The translations under genes were made by a program, and so were the position numbers. From positions 1 through 64,000 of the forward strand of contig JAPEUG010000024.1 in NCBI GenBank assembly GCA_026025795.1: a stretch of 64,000 nucleotides of DNA, written 5' to 3'. Positions 36,397 through 49,596 of this stretch are shown piece after piece; positions within the stretch are counted from its first letter, which is position 1; each line of letters opens with the position of its first letter. Origin of the DNA: Thelocarpon superellum (taxonomy: Eukaryota). Below the pieces are notes generated by a model that saw nothing but the letters and a program-made list of their open reading frames with translations, was not told the DNA's origin and made no database searches.

Positions 36397-36969
36397 GCAC
36401 CTGGACTTCCATCCGAGTGACGCCCGACACGCACTGGGCCTACCTTCGTCCGCGGCACGTACAGGTTCAAGTGAGGAATGCTCAAGATTCTTTCCGTCAG
36501 CTCATCCCATCCCACCCCCCACCCCTCCCTCCTCCCCCTCTCATCTCCACCTTTCCACTCCCCCACTCCCGTCAGTCCGCGCTCACGGTCCCTCATCACC
36601 AGGCCCGACCAATTCCACCGTCCGCCTGGCTCCGACCACCGGTGGTGTCCGCCTCGTTCGCGCGTACCCGCCGGATTAGCATTCATCCGCTGTGTAACGT
36701 CACGCGCCTGGTAGGCTGCCACCGCCCTTCACAGCTCACCGGCGCTCGGAAATCGTGCGAGCCGTGATCGAGCCGCGCGCGCACACTCCAGCGTCTTCCT
36801 TCTCGCCCCCTTCCCCACCGACCCCGTGGCAGTGCGCTGAAGCTGGACGTCCGTCGTCGCTTCATGCATCCTCGCCCGTGAACATCTCGAGACAGAAACA
36901 TCTAGAGGATTGGGGTCAACCGTTGGCCGTCCGTGATCGTCGTGTCGACGGACGCACCCGACTCCCACC

Positions 36970-39655
36970 ATGGGTGTGCCGAGTACGTAGCTGGCTGGCA
37001 CCGACTCCGTCTTCAGTTCCATCACTTCCACCCACTGACAGCTGCATAGTCTTCAGAAGCAGCCCCGATGGCTCCGACTCTCGCCCGCTTCTCAACTCCC
37101 TTCCCCCCCCCACTCGCGCCCCCGGCGCCACCACATCGTCCGGTCCCAGCGCCTCCTCAGCGAACGCGCCCGCTGAGGCCGACTCCCAGCCGGTCGTGCA
37201 GGGCCGTCCATCATCCCAGGCCACCGCCAGCACCCGCTTACCCGAGACCCCCGCCGCATTCCCGACCCTGGGGTTGGCGCGTCCGAGCATCGGTCGGATC
37301 GAACAGACCCCGCGCTTTCCTTATCCCCCGCCCGCACCACGAGAGGTGCGCCATACTGCGGACGACGTCACCCACTTCACACCGGATCCCCGGACCGGCC
37401 TCATCCACGAGGAGCGCCGACGCGCCGACACCGGCGAGTGGGTCCTGTCGGATGGGCGGCCGACACATCAGGCTCGTCTCGAGGCTCGCCCGCCGGCCTT
37501 TGTCGGACGGATCGTTCCCCAAGCAGGACAGGTGCGTCGGGAGGAACGACCCCTGCACCAGCGTGAAGGCCAAGTCTTGTCGTTGCAAGAGTTCTTGGCG
37601 GAGACGGCCAATGCCCCCAGCCCGCGCGACGAGTCCCCCGCCGCTCCCATGGACCCGGCCAGCACAGCCAACCGAGAGCCAGCCTCACACTATGAGCTGC
37701 GCCACCACCAGGTGATGGCCGAGCACACCGGCACCATTCTGTACGGACGAAACCCTCTGATGGATGACACCATGCCTCCATCGGAAGATGAAAGTGAGAG
37801 TGGCGGTGACGAGGATGACGATGACGAAGAAGGCGAAGAGGGCGAGGATGGCGAGGAGGGCGAGGAGGGCGAGGAAGGCGAAGAGGGTGAAGAGGGCGGA
37901 GAGGGCGGAGAGGGCGAAGAGGGCGAAGAGGGCGAGGATGGCGAGGAGGGCGAGGAAGGCGATGAAGAGGACGACAACTCCTCTGCCTCCGTTGATGATG
38001 GGGAAGAGCCGTCGAGTCGCGCCAGCACCGTGGAGACCTACCCGTCTTCGGCCCACGCGAGCGCCGGCGATGCTGCTCCATCGTCCCACAATGAAGGTGC
38101 TGGCGATGCCGTCCTCCCCTCGAGCCGCACCGGCACGGCGGTCACACCCACCGTTTCCGCTCGACGGAGCGAGAGCGCGATATGGGCTCCCTCTCACCAT
38201 TTGCGCGACTCAGTCCAGGACGGCAACACGGCCGAGGAATATTCGCCGTGGAGATATGCTGCGCTCGAGGAATATCTACACACTCCGTCGGGCATGATGG
38301 CTCGAGGGCTGAGCCGCTTCCAGCGGCGCCTCGACCTGCTGGCGCACGAGTTTCGCACCCTGGGCCTCGAGCGGATGGACTTGGTCCGCCAACAAGCGCA
38401 CCTGCTCGCCACGGTCGGGGACGACGCCAGTTCCTCATTCTCCATCGATGATTTTCCGCGCATCATGCAACGCGAGTCGTACCGCCGCCTGCGTCGGGTC
38501 GGCGACTCGCTCGTGGCGCTCGACTCGCGCATTCAGGTGCTCCGCAATACGATCCGCCCGCCCATGTCGTCGTCGTCGTCGTCTGGGGAAGGGGACCAGG
38601 GATCCCTGCACGCCGAGCTCGGACGCTTGATGCCCACGCAACTCGATGCCGAGACGCAGCGGATTCTTGCCTCGCTCACCCTCCTCGGTCGCATACCCAT
38701 CCACGACATCGATTGGCTCGAAGCGTTCCGGGTGATCCGCGAGGCGCAGCGCCGGCGATGGGATGCGCAACACCCCAACGGACCGCGCATCTCTGGCTCG
38801 GCCGACCTTCCCGACGCCACGCTGAGCCTCTCCTTAAGCGCGCGAGCCAATCGCCGGGCCACCAACCTGGATCAGGCCGTCCAATCCGGTGCCCCTCGCG
38901 GTCCTCGTCGTGATGCCGCGACCTCGGGTCGACCCCAGCTGGGCTTACGGCTGACGAATGACTCTGTGCCCTTGGCCGCGACCTCCACGGCGCTCCCGGC
39001 AGCCACCTCCCCACACCGTGCCCTTGCGGCGCCCGGTGCGGCGGGGGGTCTGGCACGCGGCGAGGCGGTGCCGTCGGCCGCCATGGGGAACGCAGGCCTG
39101 GGTCTCGCTCATCCGGAGGGGGCCCATCCCCTGAGCCAGATGGCGTGTTTGTCCCCTGAGGCCGATTCGCACGAGGCGATTCATGATCTATACGTCAATG
39201 CCTACCACTGGCTGGATCACGCCGGCGAAGTCGGCCCGCAGCGACTCCAGACGCAGCTGGTGGTGCAACGTCGGATGGACCGACTCATCGAGAATGAGGC
39301 GCAGCCGGCCGAGGTGGACTCTCCTCCTGGCTCCCCCATGTCCGTCGAGGCTCCTCACCTCGACCATCTACCGTCCTTCCTCTCGCAGCAGCTTCCCATG
39401 AGCGCGCAGACGGTGGGACGGATTCTCGACCACCATGGCCTGGCTCGGCCTCCGTGGTCGATGGAGATCGACTCCCACCCGGCTCCTGGCTCATTAACGC
39501 CACCCATGCCATCATCGACGACGCAACGGGTCTTCCGTGAGGCCGACGCCCGCATCTCTCGCGAGCTGGCCCTCATGCTGGATGGAGCCTCGTCGGCGCT
39601 CGCTCCAAGCGTTCTCGCGGACGCCCCAACGTCCCCGCCAACCTCCGCTCCATGA
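36970..39655 (+). CDS. Hypothetical, largely disordered protein with a (GEE)n acidic tract; intron 36983-37049
   Basis: ATGGGTGTGCCGA|GTACGT..CTGAC..TAG|TCTTC gives MGVPIFRSSP, in frame with a 2.6-kb ORF; no recognisable domain. Confidence 0.65.
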
Positions 39656-40103
39656 AGATGAAGACGAAATCTACAAGGGCATGGACGACAGGCGTCGCTT
39701 GCCTTGATCTTGCCCCTCTCCTACCACCTTCTGCACTCGAGCAAATCTCTCCGGCGACGCGGCGAACCTGACCGCTGGCTATGTCCTTGCACGTTCTCTG
39801 TTTCTTGTGTTGTTATTGGCTTGGCGCTAGGAATTCGGTCTGACGGAATGAGACGGTCAGGACGGTACGGACGGTACCAGATAGCGAGCGATTGACTACG
39901 ATGGCGACGATGGTCACGGGCATGCGCATGACTTTGAGGGCCTTTGAAGGACTACGAAACGAGACGAATGCTCATTCCCCATTCCCCCTCCCCCATTCCC
40001 CATCCCCCATGTTTTCGACTCGACTTCCTGTTCCCTTTTCACTTGTCCCACCCTTCACTCTTCACTTGTATCTTTGTCTGTTAGACCTTCCGCCCACATC
40101 TCC

Positions 40104-40176
40104 TTCTTTCTTACCTCTTCCCCATTCCCTTCTTTCTTTCTTTCTTTCTTTCTTTCTTACCTCTTCCCCATTCCCT

Positions 40177-40217
<41 letters not shown>

Positions 40218-40237
40218 TTTCTTTCTTCTTTCTTTCT

Positions 40238-40272
<35 letters not shown>
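40104..40272. repeat. (TTTC)n pyrimidine tract with a duplicated CTTACCTCTTCCCCATTCCC unit
   Basis: Direct read. Confidence 0.9.
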
Positions 40273-40274
<2 letters not shown>

Positions 40275-40457
40275 GTTCTTATCACATCTCCGCTTGTAAT
40301 TTCATCCAAGACACTTCACGTTACTAAAAGCAAGGGGAAACAATCACTTGAGCATCGCATGAGCACCACACGAGCATCACGAAGTATTCCTGCCCTAAAC
40401 CAGCGCGATGTAGTCCATGACGGGAGAAAACGAGGAAATGGATCCAGGCAGGACGGT

Positions 40458-41735
40458 TCAAGGCAGGACGATGTAGCGTTCTAGATGGGGCGGAATAGCA
40501 CTCAGGAGATTCTTCTCCATCAGCCACTTGCGCGAGAACAGCCGGTCCGCGTAGCGATAGGCGCCGTCGCAAAGGATCGTGACGACGGTGTAGTGGTGGT
40601 TCTTGCCGCCGGGTGCACGAGCCGTGCCCGCTCCCTCGCCCTCGCCCTCGCCCGCATTCGCCTTGCCGAATCTCTCGCCGCGCGCTAACCGCTCCGCGAC
40701 CTCCTTGGCCGCGACAACATTAAGGCACGAGCTGGCGCCCAGATAGAGCCCCTCTTCATCCAGGCATCGATAGACCATCTCGATGCTCTTCTCGTCTGCG
40801 ATATGCAGCGAGCCGTCCAGGAGGTCGACGTCCGGCTTCAGGTTGTCCGTCACGCGGCCCTGGCCTATGCCCTCCGTGATGGACGAGCCACTGCGCTCGG
40901 CGAGCCGTCCGCCCGAGCTGATGTACGCGTGCAGCACGCTGCCTGGTGGATCGGCCAGGACGCACTGCACGCGCCCATGGCTGGCGGTCTTCAGGTACCG
41001 CGTCACGCCCGCGAGGGTGCCGGCCGTGCCGGTGGCGCAGGTGAAGGCGTCGACCGTGCCGGCCGTCTGTGCCCAGATCTCCGGCCCCGTCGTCTCGAGG
41101 TGCGCGCGGCGGTTGGCCACGTTGTCGAACTGGTTCGTCCAGACCGCGTTCTCCGTGCGCTCCGCGTGTCGCTTGGCCTGGTGGTTGTAGTTCTCCGGGT
41201 TCTCAAAGGGCACCGCGGGCACGGGGTACACCGTTGCGCCGAGGAGGCGCAGCAGGTCGATCTTCCCCTGCGATTGCGTGTCCGGCATGTAGATCACCAG
41301 CTTGTAGCCTTTGGACCGGCACACGTGAGCGAGCCCGATGCCCGTGTTGCCTGCCGTGCCTTCCACCACCGTTCCGCCCGGTCGTAGGAGCCCTCGTTCC
41401 TCCGCGTCCCGCACTACGTACAGCGCTGCTCGGTCCTTGACGCTGCCGCCCGGGTTCATAAACTCCGCTTTTCCGAGGATGGTGCAGCCCGTTTCTTCGG
41501 AGAGTCGCTTGAGCTTGATCAGCGGCGTGTTGCCGATGGCTGTCGTTGACCGTGTCAGTGCAGTCCCGGAGACGATCGCATGGGCCTCCAGGTCCTTACC
41601 TCCTACTAAGCCATTCACCGACCCTTGCACTCTCGAGAGGTTGATCCCAGATTGGTTGTGCCCTTCCATCTGCGCCAGGTTCTCGGCGCTACGACGAGCC
41701 GAGGTGGCAAAACGCCTCACTCCGTGCCGAAACAT
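40458..41735 (-). CDS. Cysteine synthase (O-acetylserine sulfhydrylase) with a mitochondrial-type presequence; 60-nt intron 41540-41599
   Basis: IGNTPLI, PLP lysine in [27 protein letters not shown]-terminus [15 protein letters not shown]. Confidence 0.95.
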   Translation of the reverse strand: MFRHGVRRFATSARRSAENLAQMEGHNQSGINLSRVQGSVNGLVGGKDLEAHAIVSGTALTRSTTAIGNTPLIKLKRLSEETGCTILGKAEFMNPGGSVKDRAALYVVRDAEERGLLRPGGTVVEGTAGNTGIGLAHVCRSKGYKLVIYMPDTQSQGKIDLLRLLGATVYPVPAVPFENPENYNHQAKRHAERTENAVWTNQFDNVANRRAHLETTGPEIWAQTAGTVDAFTCATGTAGTLAGVTRYLKTASHGRVQCVLADPPGSVLHAYISSGGRLAERSGSSITEGIGQGRVTDNLKPDVDLLDGSLHIADEKSIEMVYRCLDEEGLYLGASSCLNVVAAKEVAERLARGERFGKANAGEGEGEGAGTARAPGGKNHHYTVVTILCDGAYRYADRLFSRKWLMEKNLLSAIPPHLERYIVLP

Positions 41736-42029
41736 GGAATTAGCCTTACGTTCTCGCAGTCCAGTCAAGAGATTGGCATGACGGAGAGACTGGGAGGACG
41801 TGGACTGGATGGCGGGAGGCATGGGAGGGGATTGAAGGGGATAATAGTGGAAATTACGACAGGCAGCGTGACGAGATCAGATTAGATCAGATTTCCCAAT
41901 CTTATCTAATCTTGGCACACCTCGTGTTTGTTTACCTCCGCCACTTCCACATCCCACGGGATCCCCTCCGCCATCGATAGAGCAACTTTCATCGACGATT
42001 TCACGTCACCCTTGGATCGTCCAAGCAAC

Positions 42030-45000
42030 ATGCCCGGACGTCCGTCTACTCGATCGTCGCGTCCGTCCCGGGCGAGCTCGCCCCGGAAGTCATCCGCGCG
42101 CACCATCACCTCTCGTGCGTCAACGGCGTCACGCATCTCCTCCCCCCGCCTCGACATCCCCGACGAAGCGCCATGGTCGAGTGTGCGCGCGCCCGTCTGC
42201 GCCATCTTTGCCGGCGCGCAGAGCTCGAATGCTGGTCATCGCAAACTGGTCATCAACCTTCGAAAGATACAGGCTCGATGCTGTAATCCGAAGCCATCGA
42301 CCCCCGACGAGGAGGATGATCACACCGAGCACACCTTCAACGTCGAAGTCGGTCGTTGCGTGCTTCGATTCATGAACGTCAAGAAGAGCGAGAGCGTAGG
42401 CGACCGCGTCGTCCGCTTCTTGGGTCTATTTCTCAAACATGCGAGCGAGAAGGGTAAGCAGCGCGACGGTGTCGTGTACGTGCACCGCTGGAGGCTGACC
42501 GGGTAGACGCTCAACTTCTTCCCGAGACGGCGGCCGACGAGACGCTTCTGGAGACTCCAACGTCGCGACTCACATCCCATATTCTCTCTCTTCTGCTGCC
42601 GCTCCTGTCGGCCAAAGAGAAGACGGTCAGATTTCGCTCGACGCAACTCATCTCGCACATCATCAATTCCTTGGACTCCATCGATGATGATCTATTTCAG
42701 CTCCTACGCGTCGGTCTACTCAAGCGGATCCGAGACAAAGAGAGCATGGTACGGGTACAGGCGGTGCTCGGTCTGGGTCGCTTGGCCGGCAACGAAACCG
42801 AGGGGGACGCACAAGAGCTCGACAGCGACGACGACGACGACGCCGGAGGATTGATGGACACCTTGCTGGAAGCCCTCCAAAATGACCCGAGCGCCGACGT
42901 CCGTCGCTCCCTTCTCCTCAACCTGCCCCTCACTCCCAACACCCTCCCATATCTCCTGGAACGCGCGCGGGATCAGGATGCCGCGACCCGCCGGACGCTC
43001 TACTCGCGGCTGCTGCCGGCGCTGGGGGATTTCCGCCACCTCTCCTTGTCCATGCGCGAGAAGCTGCTCCGATGGGGTCTGCGGGATCGCGACGAAAACG
43101 TTCGCAAGGCCGCGGCGAAACTCTTCCGCGAGCGCTGGATCGAGGACTGTGCCGGACCTCGCGATCCGGGGGACGGTGCCCAAGACAAGGCAGCGCCGCC
43201 CAACTTCGATGGGTTGCTGGAGCTACTCGAGCGCATCGACGTCGTCAACGCCGGGGTCGAGAACGGCATCGCGTTGGAGGCCATGAAGGAGTTCTGGGAG
43301 GGTCGACCCGACTATCGCGAGGCCTTTGTGCTGGACGACGGCTTCTGGGACGGCTTGACGGCCGAGTCCGTCTTCATGGCACGTACCTTCAACGACTTCT
43401 GTCGCCGGGCGGCGGGCGGAAAGCTGGAGGGTCTTCTGGAGGAGAAGATGCCCGAGGTGACCAAGTTCGCCTTCTATCTTCAGCGATACACCAACACGCT
43501 GGTGGACCACCTCAAGCGACTGGCGGCACACGAGGAGGGCGTGGAGGAAGACCAGACGGTGGAACAGGAATTCATCGTCGAACAGCTGCTCCACATGGCC
43601 CACACGCTCGACTACACCGACGAAGTGGGCCGGCGGAAGATGTTTTCGCTGATGAGGGAGACGCTCGCCATCGCCGAGCTGCCCGAGGAAGTGACCAAGC
43701 TGGTCGTAGAGGTGCTGCGCGGTCTCTGCGGCGCCGAAGCCGCCGGAGAGCGAGAATTCTGCGGCGTGGTCCTCGAAGCGGTGGCGGAAGTGCACGATAC
43801 CATCCTCGGCGACGAGCACGACCAGAGTGGCACCACGGACGACGATAGCTTCCACTCGGCGCGGTCGGAGGTCAGCGGCGACGGACCGGCCAAGTCGAAG
43901 AAGAACAAGGCCGGGTCGGAGGGAGTGGACGACGAGGAAGAGGGGGCGAAGGCGATCCGCGAGATCATGGTCAACATGAAGTGTCTCCACATTGCCCAGT
44001 GCATGCTGGAGAACGTCGAGGGCTATCTGCAGGCCAATGTGCATCTGGTGACGATGCTCAATAACCTCGTTGTACCGGCCGTCCGCAGCCACGAAGCGCC
44101 CATTCGCGAGCGGGGACTCCTCTGCCTCGGTCTCTGTTGTCTCCTGGACAAGGTAGGTTGCCTCTTCTCCCTCCTGTCCCTCTTGTCGGGGACTATTAGA
44201 GCCATCTCTAACCCGACTTCAGACCCTGGCCGAAGAAAACCTGACTCTCTTCCTGCACTGTTTCAACAAAGGGCACGACGCGCTGCAGGTGTACGCGCTG
44301 CACATCCTATCCGACATCCTGACGACGCACGGGCCGGCACTGCTCGAGTCGGAGGTCTTCGAAAAGGGCAAGCCGCTGTACAAGATCTTCTCCAAGGCGC
44401 TACGGGCGGAAGACAAGCCCGCGGTGCAGGCGGCAGCGTGCACGGCGGTGTGCAAGCTGATGCTCGGATGCGTGATCAAGGACGAAGATCTGCTGAAGTT
44501 GCTGGTCGTGGCGTACTTTGACCCGGCCACGGCGTCCAATCTCGGCCTGCGCCAGTGCCTGAGCTACTTCCTTCCCGTCTACTGCCACTCGCGCAGGGAG
44601 AACCAGGGGCGCATGCAGCGCGTCACCGTCGCGGCCATCCACAGCTTGATCCTCGTCAGCGAGCACGTGGATGAAGAGGAGGAGATGGTGGCGCTGAGCG
44701 TCATCGCGTCCCATCTGGTCGACTGGACCGATCCGCGCAAGTTGGTCGTCGCCGCGTCGGCGTCCGGGTCTGGCGGTGCCGCCGCCGCCGCTGAATCCAT
44801 CTTTGATGAGATGGGACGGAAGGAGAACAAGGCCGTGAATGGCGATGTGCATCTCGACCTCGCGGGGGATATTCTGGAACGCATCTCCGCTTCCAATTGT
44901 CACAGTACGGTTCCCACCTCCCCACCTCCTCACCTCCCCGTCTTCCCACACTCTTCTCTCATTCCACAATCCACCTCGAACAAAGAAGGAAAAGAACTGA

Positions 45001-45598
45001 CACCCCCCCAGAAGAAGAAAAGAAAATCCTAGCAAGCATGCTAAGTAAGCTGTACATCACGTCGAACGCCGAGGGAGAGAAGAAGCGACGAGCGCTAGAT
45101 CTGGCGCGATATGCCGTCGACGACGGCGTGTTTGCGGACGCGCCGAGCCGCAACGCGTTGAATAAGCTCCTTGGTGCCCTTGAAAAGGTCGGTGCCGATG
45201 TCGTTAAGGAGGAGGAGGAGGCAGGTACGCCTGGGGTGGAGACACCGGGGGCGGAGGATACGATGCGCGATGATGATGACGACGCCGTCACGGTTCGCGG
45301 TGAGGGAGAGGGAGAGAAGACAGAAATGGCCTCTATGGTCGACAACGACGAAGAGGAGACGATGTTCACGAAGCTGGAAGAAGTGGAGGAGGAAGGGATG
45401 GAAGAGCTGGAAGAGTTGGAAGAGCTGAAAGGGGAAGAGGGAGACACCACGACGTCCATCCAACTACCGAAAGCGCGTGCAGGCCACGGTGGCCCCAACT
45501 CTGCCCGCGCGTTGGGGACAGGAGCAGCTCGTGGTGATTCACTCCTGGATGCGCTCTTGGATGATGAGGAAGAGGATGAGGTGGAGCTTTCGATTTAG
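42030..45598 (+). CDS. YCG1: Condensin non-SMC HEAT subunit (CAP-G/Cnd3/Ycg1); 3 introns
   Basis: GHRKLV, VRFRSTQL, RIRDKESMVRVQAV, LQNDPSADVRR, LERARD, LDYTDEVGRRKMF and LRQCLSYFLPVY motifs. Confidence 0.93.
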
Positions 45599-45645
45599 TT
45601 GGTTGGGGGGTCTGTCCTGATAACGCTATTTGATATCTCGTGAGA

Positions 45646-46855
45646 CTACTTCCTGTATGCCTTCACCTCTCGTCGCCTATCCCATCATCCACTTGATCAG
45701 TTTCGACTCCCAGTCAGAAAGGAGACCACACTCACCACCAAGCTGTAAAATCAACAGTGCGAACATCGATGCCCAAAGACTTCAGCTCCCTTGTAGAGAG
45801 ATGGCAATCGTACGGTCTCTGGACCGCAGCATGGGGGTCATTTCCCTGCGCATTCGGCACCAGACGCTTCTCATCGAGCGGCAGGCCCAGGATCTCCGCG
45901 AAGATCTGACAGATACGGTATTTGGTCACGCGGTGCTCGGACGAGAACTGCAGGATGCGCGGCAAGCCGTCACGGTCCCGACCAGGCGTGTCGAGGTATT
46001 TGGAGGCGACGTCACGGAGCACGCGCGCCACGTCCTCCGTGTTGGTCGGGTAGCGGATGGACCAGTCGTCGACGGTGAGTACCTTCGGCTGTCCCTCCTT
46101 CGGCTGCTCTGGCGCGGAGACGTCCACCTCCTGCGCTTTCCACACCGTGTCCATTAGCACATTGACGGCGCTTTCGGCCGGCGAGGTCGCGGCGCCATAG
46201 AGCACCGGAATGCGCAGCACGACGCTGGTGCGGCGGTGCTCTGTCACGCGCAGCACGGCCTCCTCGCCCGACAGCTTCGATTGGCCGTAGAAGGTAGTGG
46301 GCCGCGTGGAGGATTCCACTTCATATGGCGCCTCGCCGGGCACGCCCGGGAAGACATAGTCCGTGGAGATGTAGATGAGCAGGATGGACCGCTCGGTCGT
46401 CACTTCGGCCAGGGTGCGGGATGCTTGCACGTTCAGCGCGAGGGTGCCTTGTGGGTCTGTGTCGCATTTGTCGGGGAATCGGTTGGCGGCGCCTGCGTGG
46501 TAGGTCAGATGGGGGGGTCAAGGTCTGGACGGCTCGATAGAGGTCGATAGAGGAGGTGGAAGGACTTTCACGTCTGTGGAAGGACTTTCACGTACAGTGG
46601 ATGACCACGTCAGGCCTTGGACATGTCAGTCATGTCGAGATGATGATGGGATCCGTCGTGGACCTCGACGTACTTGACTTCCTCCAAGACCTTGACAAGC
46701 TCGCTCTTGCTCTCCAGGTCGACCTTCAAGATCGCTGGTGGTTTTGCCCTCGTGAACCCCGTCCCAGTGACGTGCCATCCGGCGATCTGTAGTGTTTTGA
46801 CGACTTCTCGTCCCAGAAAGCCCGTGGCCCCCGTCACGAGTGCGGTTCGTGTCAT
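45646..46855 (-). CDS. RmlD-like NAD(P)-dependent reductase (dTDP-4-dehydrorhamnose reductase / MAT2B family); includes a PDVVIH micro-exon
   Basis: VTGATGFLG, YISTDYVF, YGQSK, LRIPVLYG and RPYDCHL; last exon RREVKAYRK*. Confidence 0.9.
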
Positions 46856-47170
46856 GATGGAGAGGATCTACCAGTGGATATGTCAACGAGAGCAGCGTGC
46901 ACCGATCCTGTTGTGCATGGGTGACGTCCATCTCGACACTACAGCCCAACCTCCGTCACGTTCACGCTGTCAGCGATACCATCGAGTCATCTTCATCTTC
47001 ACCTCCATCTACGCCTACGACACAGCTGTGCACAGAGTCGTTGTATGAATGTACGATCATTGACCAAGTCATACGCGTCACGCCATCAGTCCATCTCACT
47101 TCATCTCCGCGAATCTTCTCTGAATCCGCCCATCAAGGGACGCGACACAGTGAAAATAAAAGAGAACTTT

Positions 47171-47295
47171 GGCTTCCAAAAATTCCCATTCCATCCGAAG
47201 ACAAAATGGAGCGGTCTTGTAGTAGTTTTCAACTAGCAACCTCTAAACCTCAGGCGTAACCTTCACTGGTATTAGAAATGCCCATGCACCAAGAT
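47171..47295 (-). ncRNA. U4: U4 spliceosomal snRNA
   Basis: Minus strand reads AUCUUGGUGCAUGGGCA (U6 stem II), K-turn hairpin CAGUGAAGG-UUACG-CCUGAG, UUGCUAGUUGAAAAC (U6 stem I), a 3' stem-loop and Sm site AAUUUUUGG. Layout matches fungal U4. Confidence 0.92.
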
Positions 47296-47331
47296 GGAGG
47301 AAAAAGAAGGGTGTAGAGCGAGGGGAGGCGA

Positions 47332-47391
47332 AAATATATATACTCTCGCCACGGTGACTTACCTGGCGTGCCAAGACTGTGGTCACGTGAC
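47332..47391 (-). promoter_or_regulatory. U4 promoter: TATA box about 40 nt upstream plus palindromic GTCACGTGAC
   Basis: TATATATA at about 47335-47342; GGTCACGTGAC at 47381. Confidence 0.6.
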
Positions 47392-48094
47392 AATACGCTC
47401 TACTGCGCCGTACCGCACAAGAAGCAAATTCATAGTTGCAACACTCGCGCGGTCGGGTAGGGAGGCCAGCAGCGATAGGCGTATTGATTGACTGCAGCGG
47501 CCCAGGCCCCGGCGCCTGAGCCGCTCCACTACTATGCTAGGTCACGTGGCGGGGCCGCGCAGCTACAATTTCTAACAATACCAGCGCACTTGGCCCTGCG
47601 GTGCGCTTTACGGAGGCGCCGCTATGGTACGAGTACGACTCGTCCAGTGATGCTCGCAGCAGAACGAACGGCGTAAGTCAACACGCAAATCGCCCGCTGG
47701 ACCTTTGTGCGCGCACGGCCTATCGAACGTGCGTCGTTCGTCTCTACATCGTGGAGGAGCCAGGGACCCAGTCAGGCGGCACCCTATGCTGCCAACTTCA
47801 TGTATCACGGGATGCTCTCCGTCCCCTTCCAAACACTGCCTCTCTGGTAGCGGCCGAATGAATGACGTCATAGCTTTTGGTTCTGTACTCGAGAGGTCCC
47901 GATAGCAGACAGAACCCAGCAGCGCACGGAAAAACGCTCCCGTGATCATATCCTCATCCGGTGCAGACTGGCCCCCTCCCGTTGTCCCCTCCTGACGCAC
48001 AATACAGCTGAAAGAAAAAGCGACGTGATCCTGAGACCTGGCTCGTCCTCCTCGCCTTCTACAGTCCAAAACCAAGACTGGAACATGACCTTCC

Positions 48095-49596
48095 CTAGTC
48101 CTTGGGCGTATACTTGACCGCCAACCTCGTGGTGACGTTGATCCCACTCCTGGTCGGCGACGAAGCACCCGTCCGATATTCCTCGCGCTTTCCCTCCCGG
48201 GTAGGCTCGAGATCGTCCAGCTGGACGGCATCCTCGCTGGCATTGATGTCCTGGTTCTTGTACACGCCGTCCTCGAGGATGATGTCTTGGCTGTCCGTCG
48301 ACCGTTGCATCGGCATCCGGCCCCCGGCGGTGATGGTCGTGCGGCTGACTCCAGAGGCCATCATCCCGCTTCTGGTCGGGTTCGAGTTGTGCTTGCTGTT
48401 GACCTTCTTGCCGATCTTGATGAAGAGGGGCGCGATGATGGGCAGGTTGGTAACCACGACCGCAGCAAAGGTCTCGTAGACGGCCCAGCTCCCTGATTGT
48501 TGGGCGCCATTGACCCCGGCCTGGAGAAGGCTCCGGTCAGACTGCGCCATGGTCGCACGAATGGCACCACGGGAGACAATGGCACCTACATTCACCACGT
48601 AGTAGCAGCGGAGGATGCTAGCAACGGTCACAAACAGCCCCATGCTGAAGAGGAACAGCAGACCAGTCTTGCGCGGCACCGAGATCTTCGTCCTGGCGAG
48701 CATCTGCGACGTCGAGGTCAGTTGGGCGCACGCCGGTCCTTGGCTAGTCGCTCATGACATGCCGACTGACCTCCAGCGGGATCGACATCAGGTACAAGTC
48801 GGTGGAGACGTTGAGGGTCAGGTTCACGAAGATGTCGACACGCGAGATGGCCGGTTGACAGAAGTCTGGACGGTCGGTATCATCAGTCTCGCGGCCCGGC
48901 CGTGCTCCGATACAAGCGCGGCAGGACAGGGGGAGCACGCACTTCCTGGATTGGGGTTGATCTGCCAGTTTTTGGAAAAGGTGCCGCCACAGCCACCCAA
49001 CACGGAGCTGATGGTGGCGACGTAGGTGACGGCAATCACCACGTAGCCGATCAGCACTCGAGTGCGCATATGGAAGACTCCGGTCCTGCACACCCCCGCC
49101 GGAGCAGCGTCAGTGACGCTTCGCCTCGGTCGGCAGCCGGACGGGCACAGGCACTGAGCCTTACGTGATGCGGCTGTAGAAGAGGCAGAGGCAGAGCTTG
49201 AGTAGCCACAGCAGGGTGATGTTGGACGACCATCCCATGAGCTGCAACTTGGATCCGCCCACGCGCAGCTGATACTCGTGCGAGTCGGGACTCAGCGCCG
49301 CCCGTTCCGCGTCGGTCATGTCATTGTTGGCCAGGCCATGATACAAGGCGCCGACGGAATAGGCGGCCCCAATCTCCAGACCGAACAAGACCTAAACATC
49401 AACGACACGGGTGAGATGCCGTAGCCAGCCCGGGGCCTGCTCCAAGGGGACCCACGTTCGCCAGGAGCATCAGATAGTCATCCGCCACCAACTTCCGCAT
49501 GCCGACCGCGTCGAGGCGTGCGCCGGTCCGCAGCAAAACGACAAAGGTGCCCGCCGCCAGGATGGCAAACAGTTGGACGTTGAAGGCGTCGGCCAT
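48095..49596 (-). CDS. PTH11-like (rhodopsin-domain) integral membrane receptor without CFEM; about 5 introns
   Basis: DDYLMLLA, GLANNDMTDAERAALSPDSHEYQLRVGGSK, LWLLKLCL, NWQINPNPG, NVSTDLYLMSIP and ETFAAVVVTNLP. Confidence 0.88.

Noticed and set aside
39892..40484. Phe/Leu/Ser-rich 'membrane' ORFs
   Set aside because: Translation of the TTTC microsatellite.
47357..47368. ACTTACCTGGC resembling the U1 snRNA 5' end, downstream of a TATA
   Set aside because: No correctly spaced U1 stem-loops or Sm site follow; the TATA is explained by U4 on the opposite strand.
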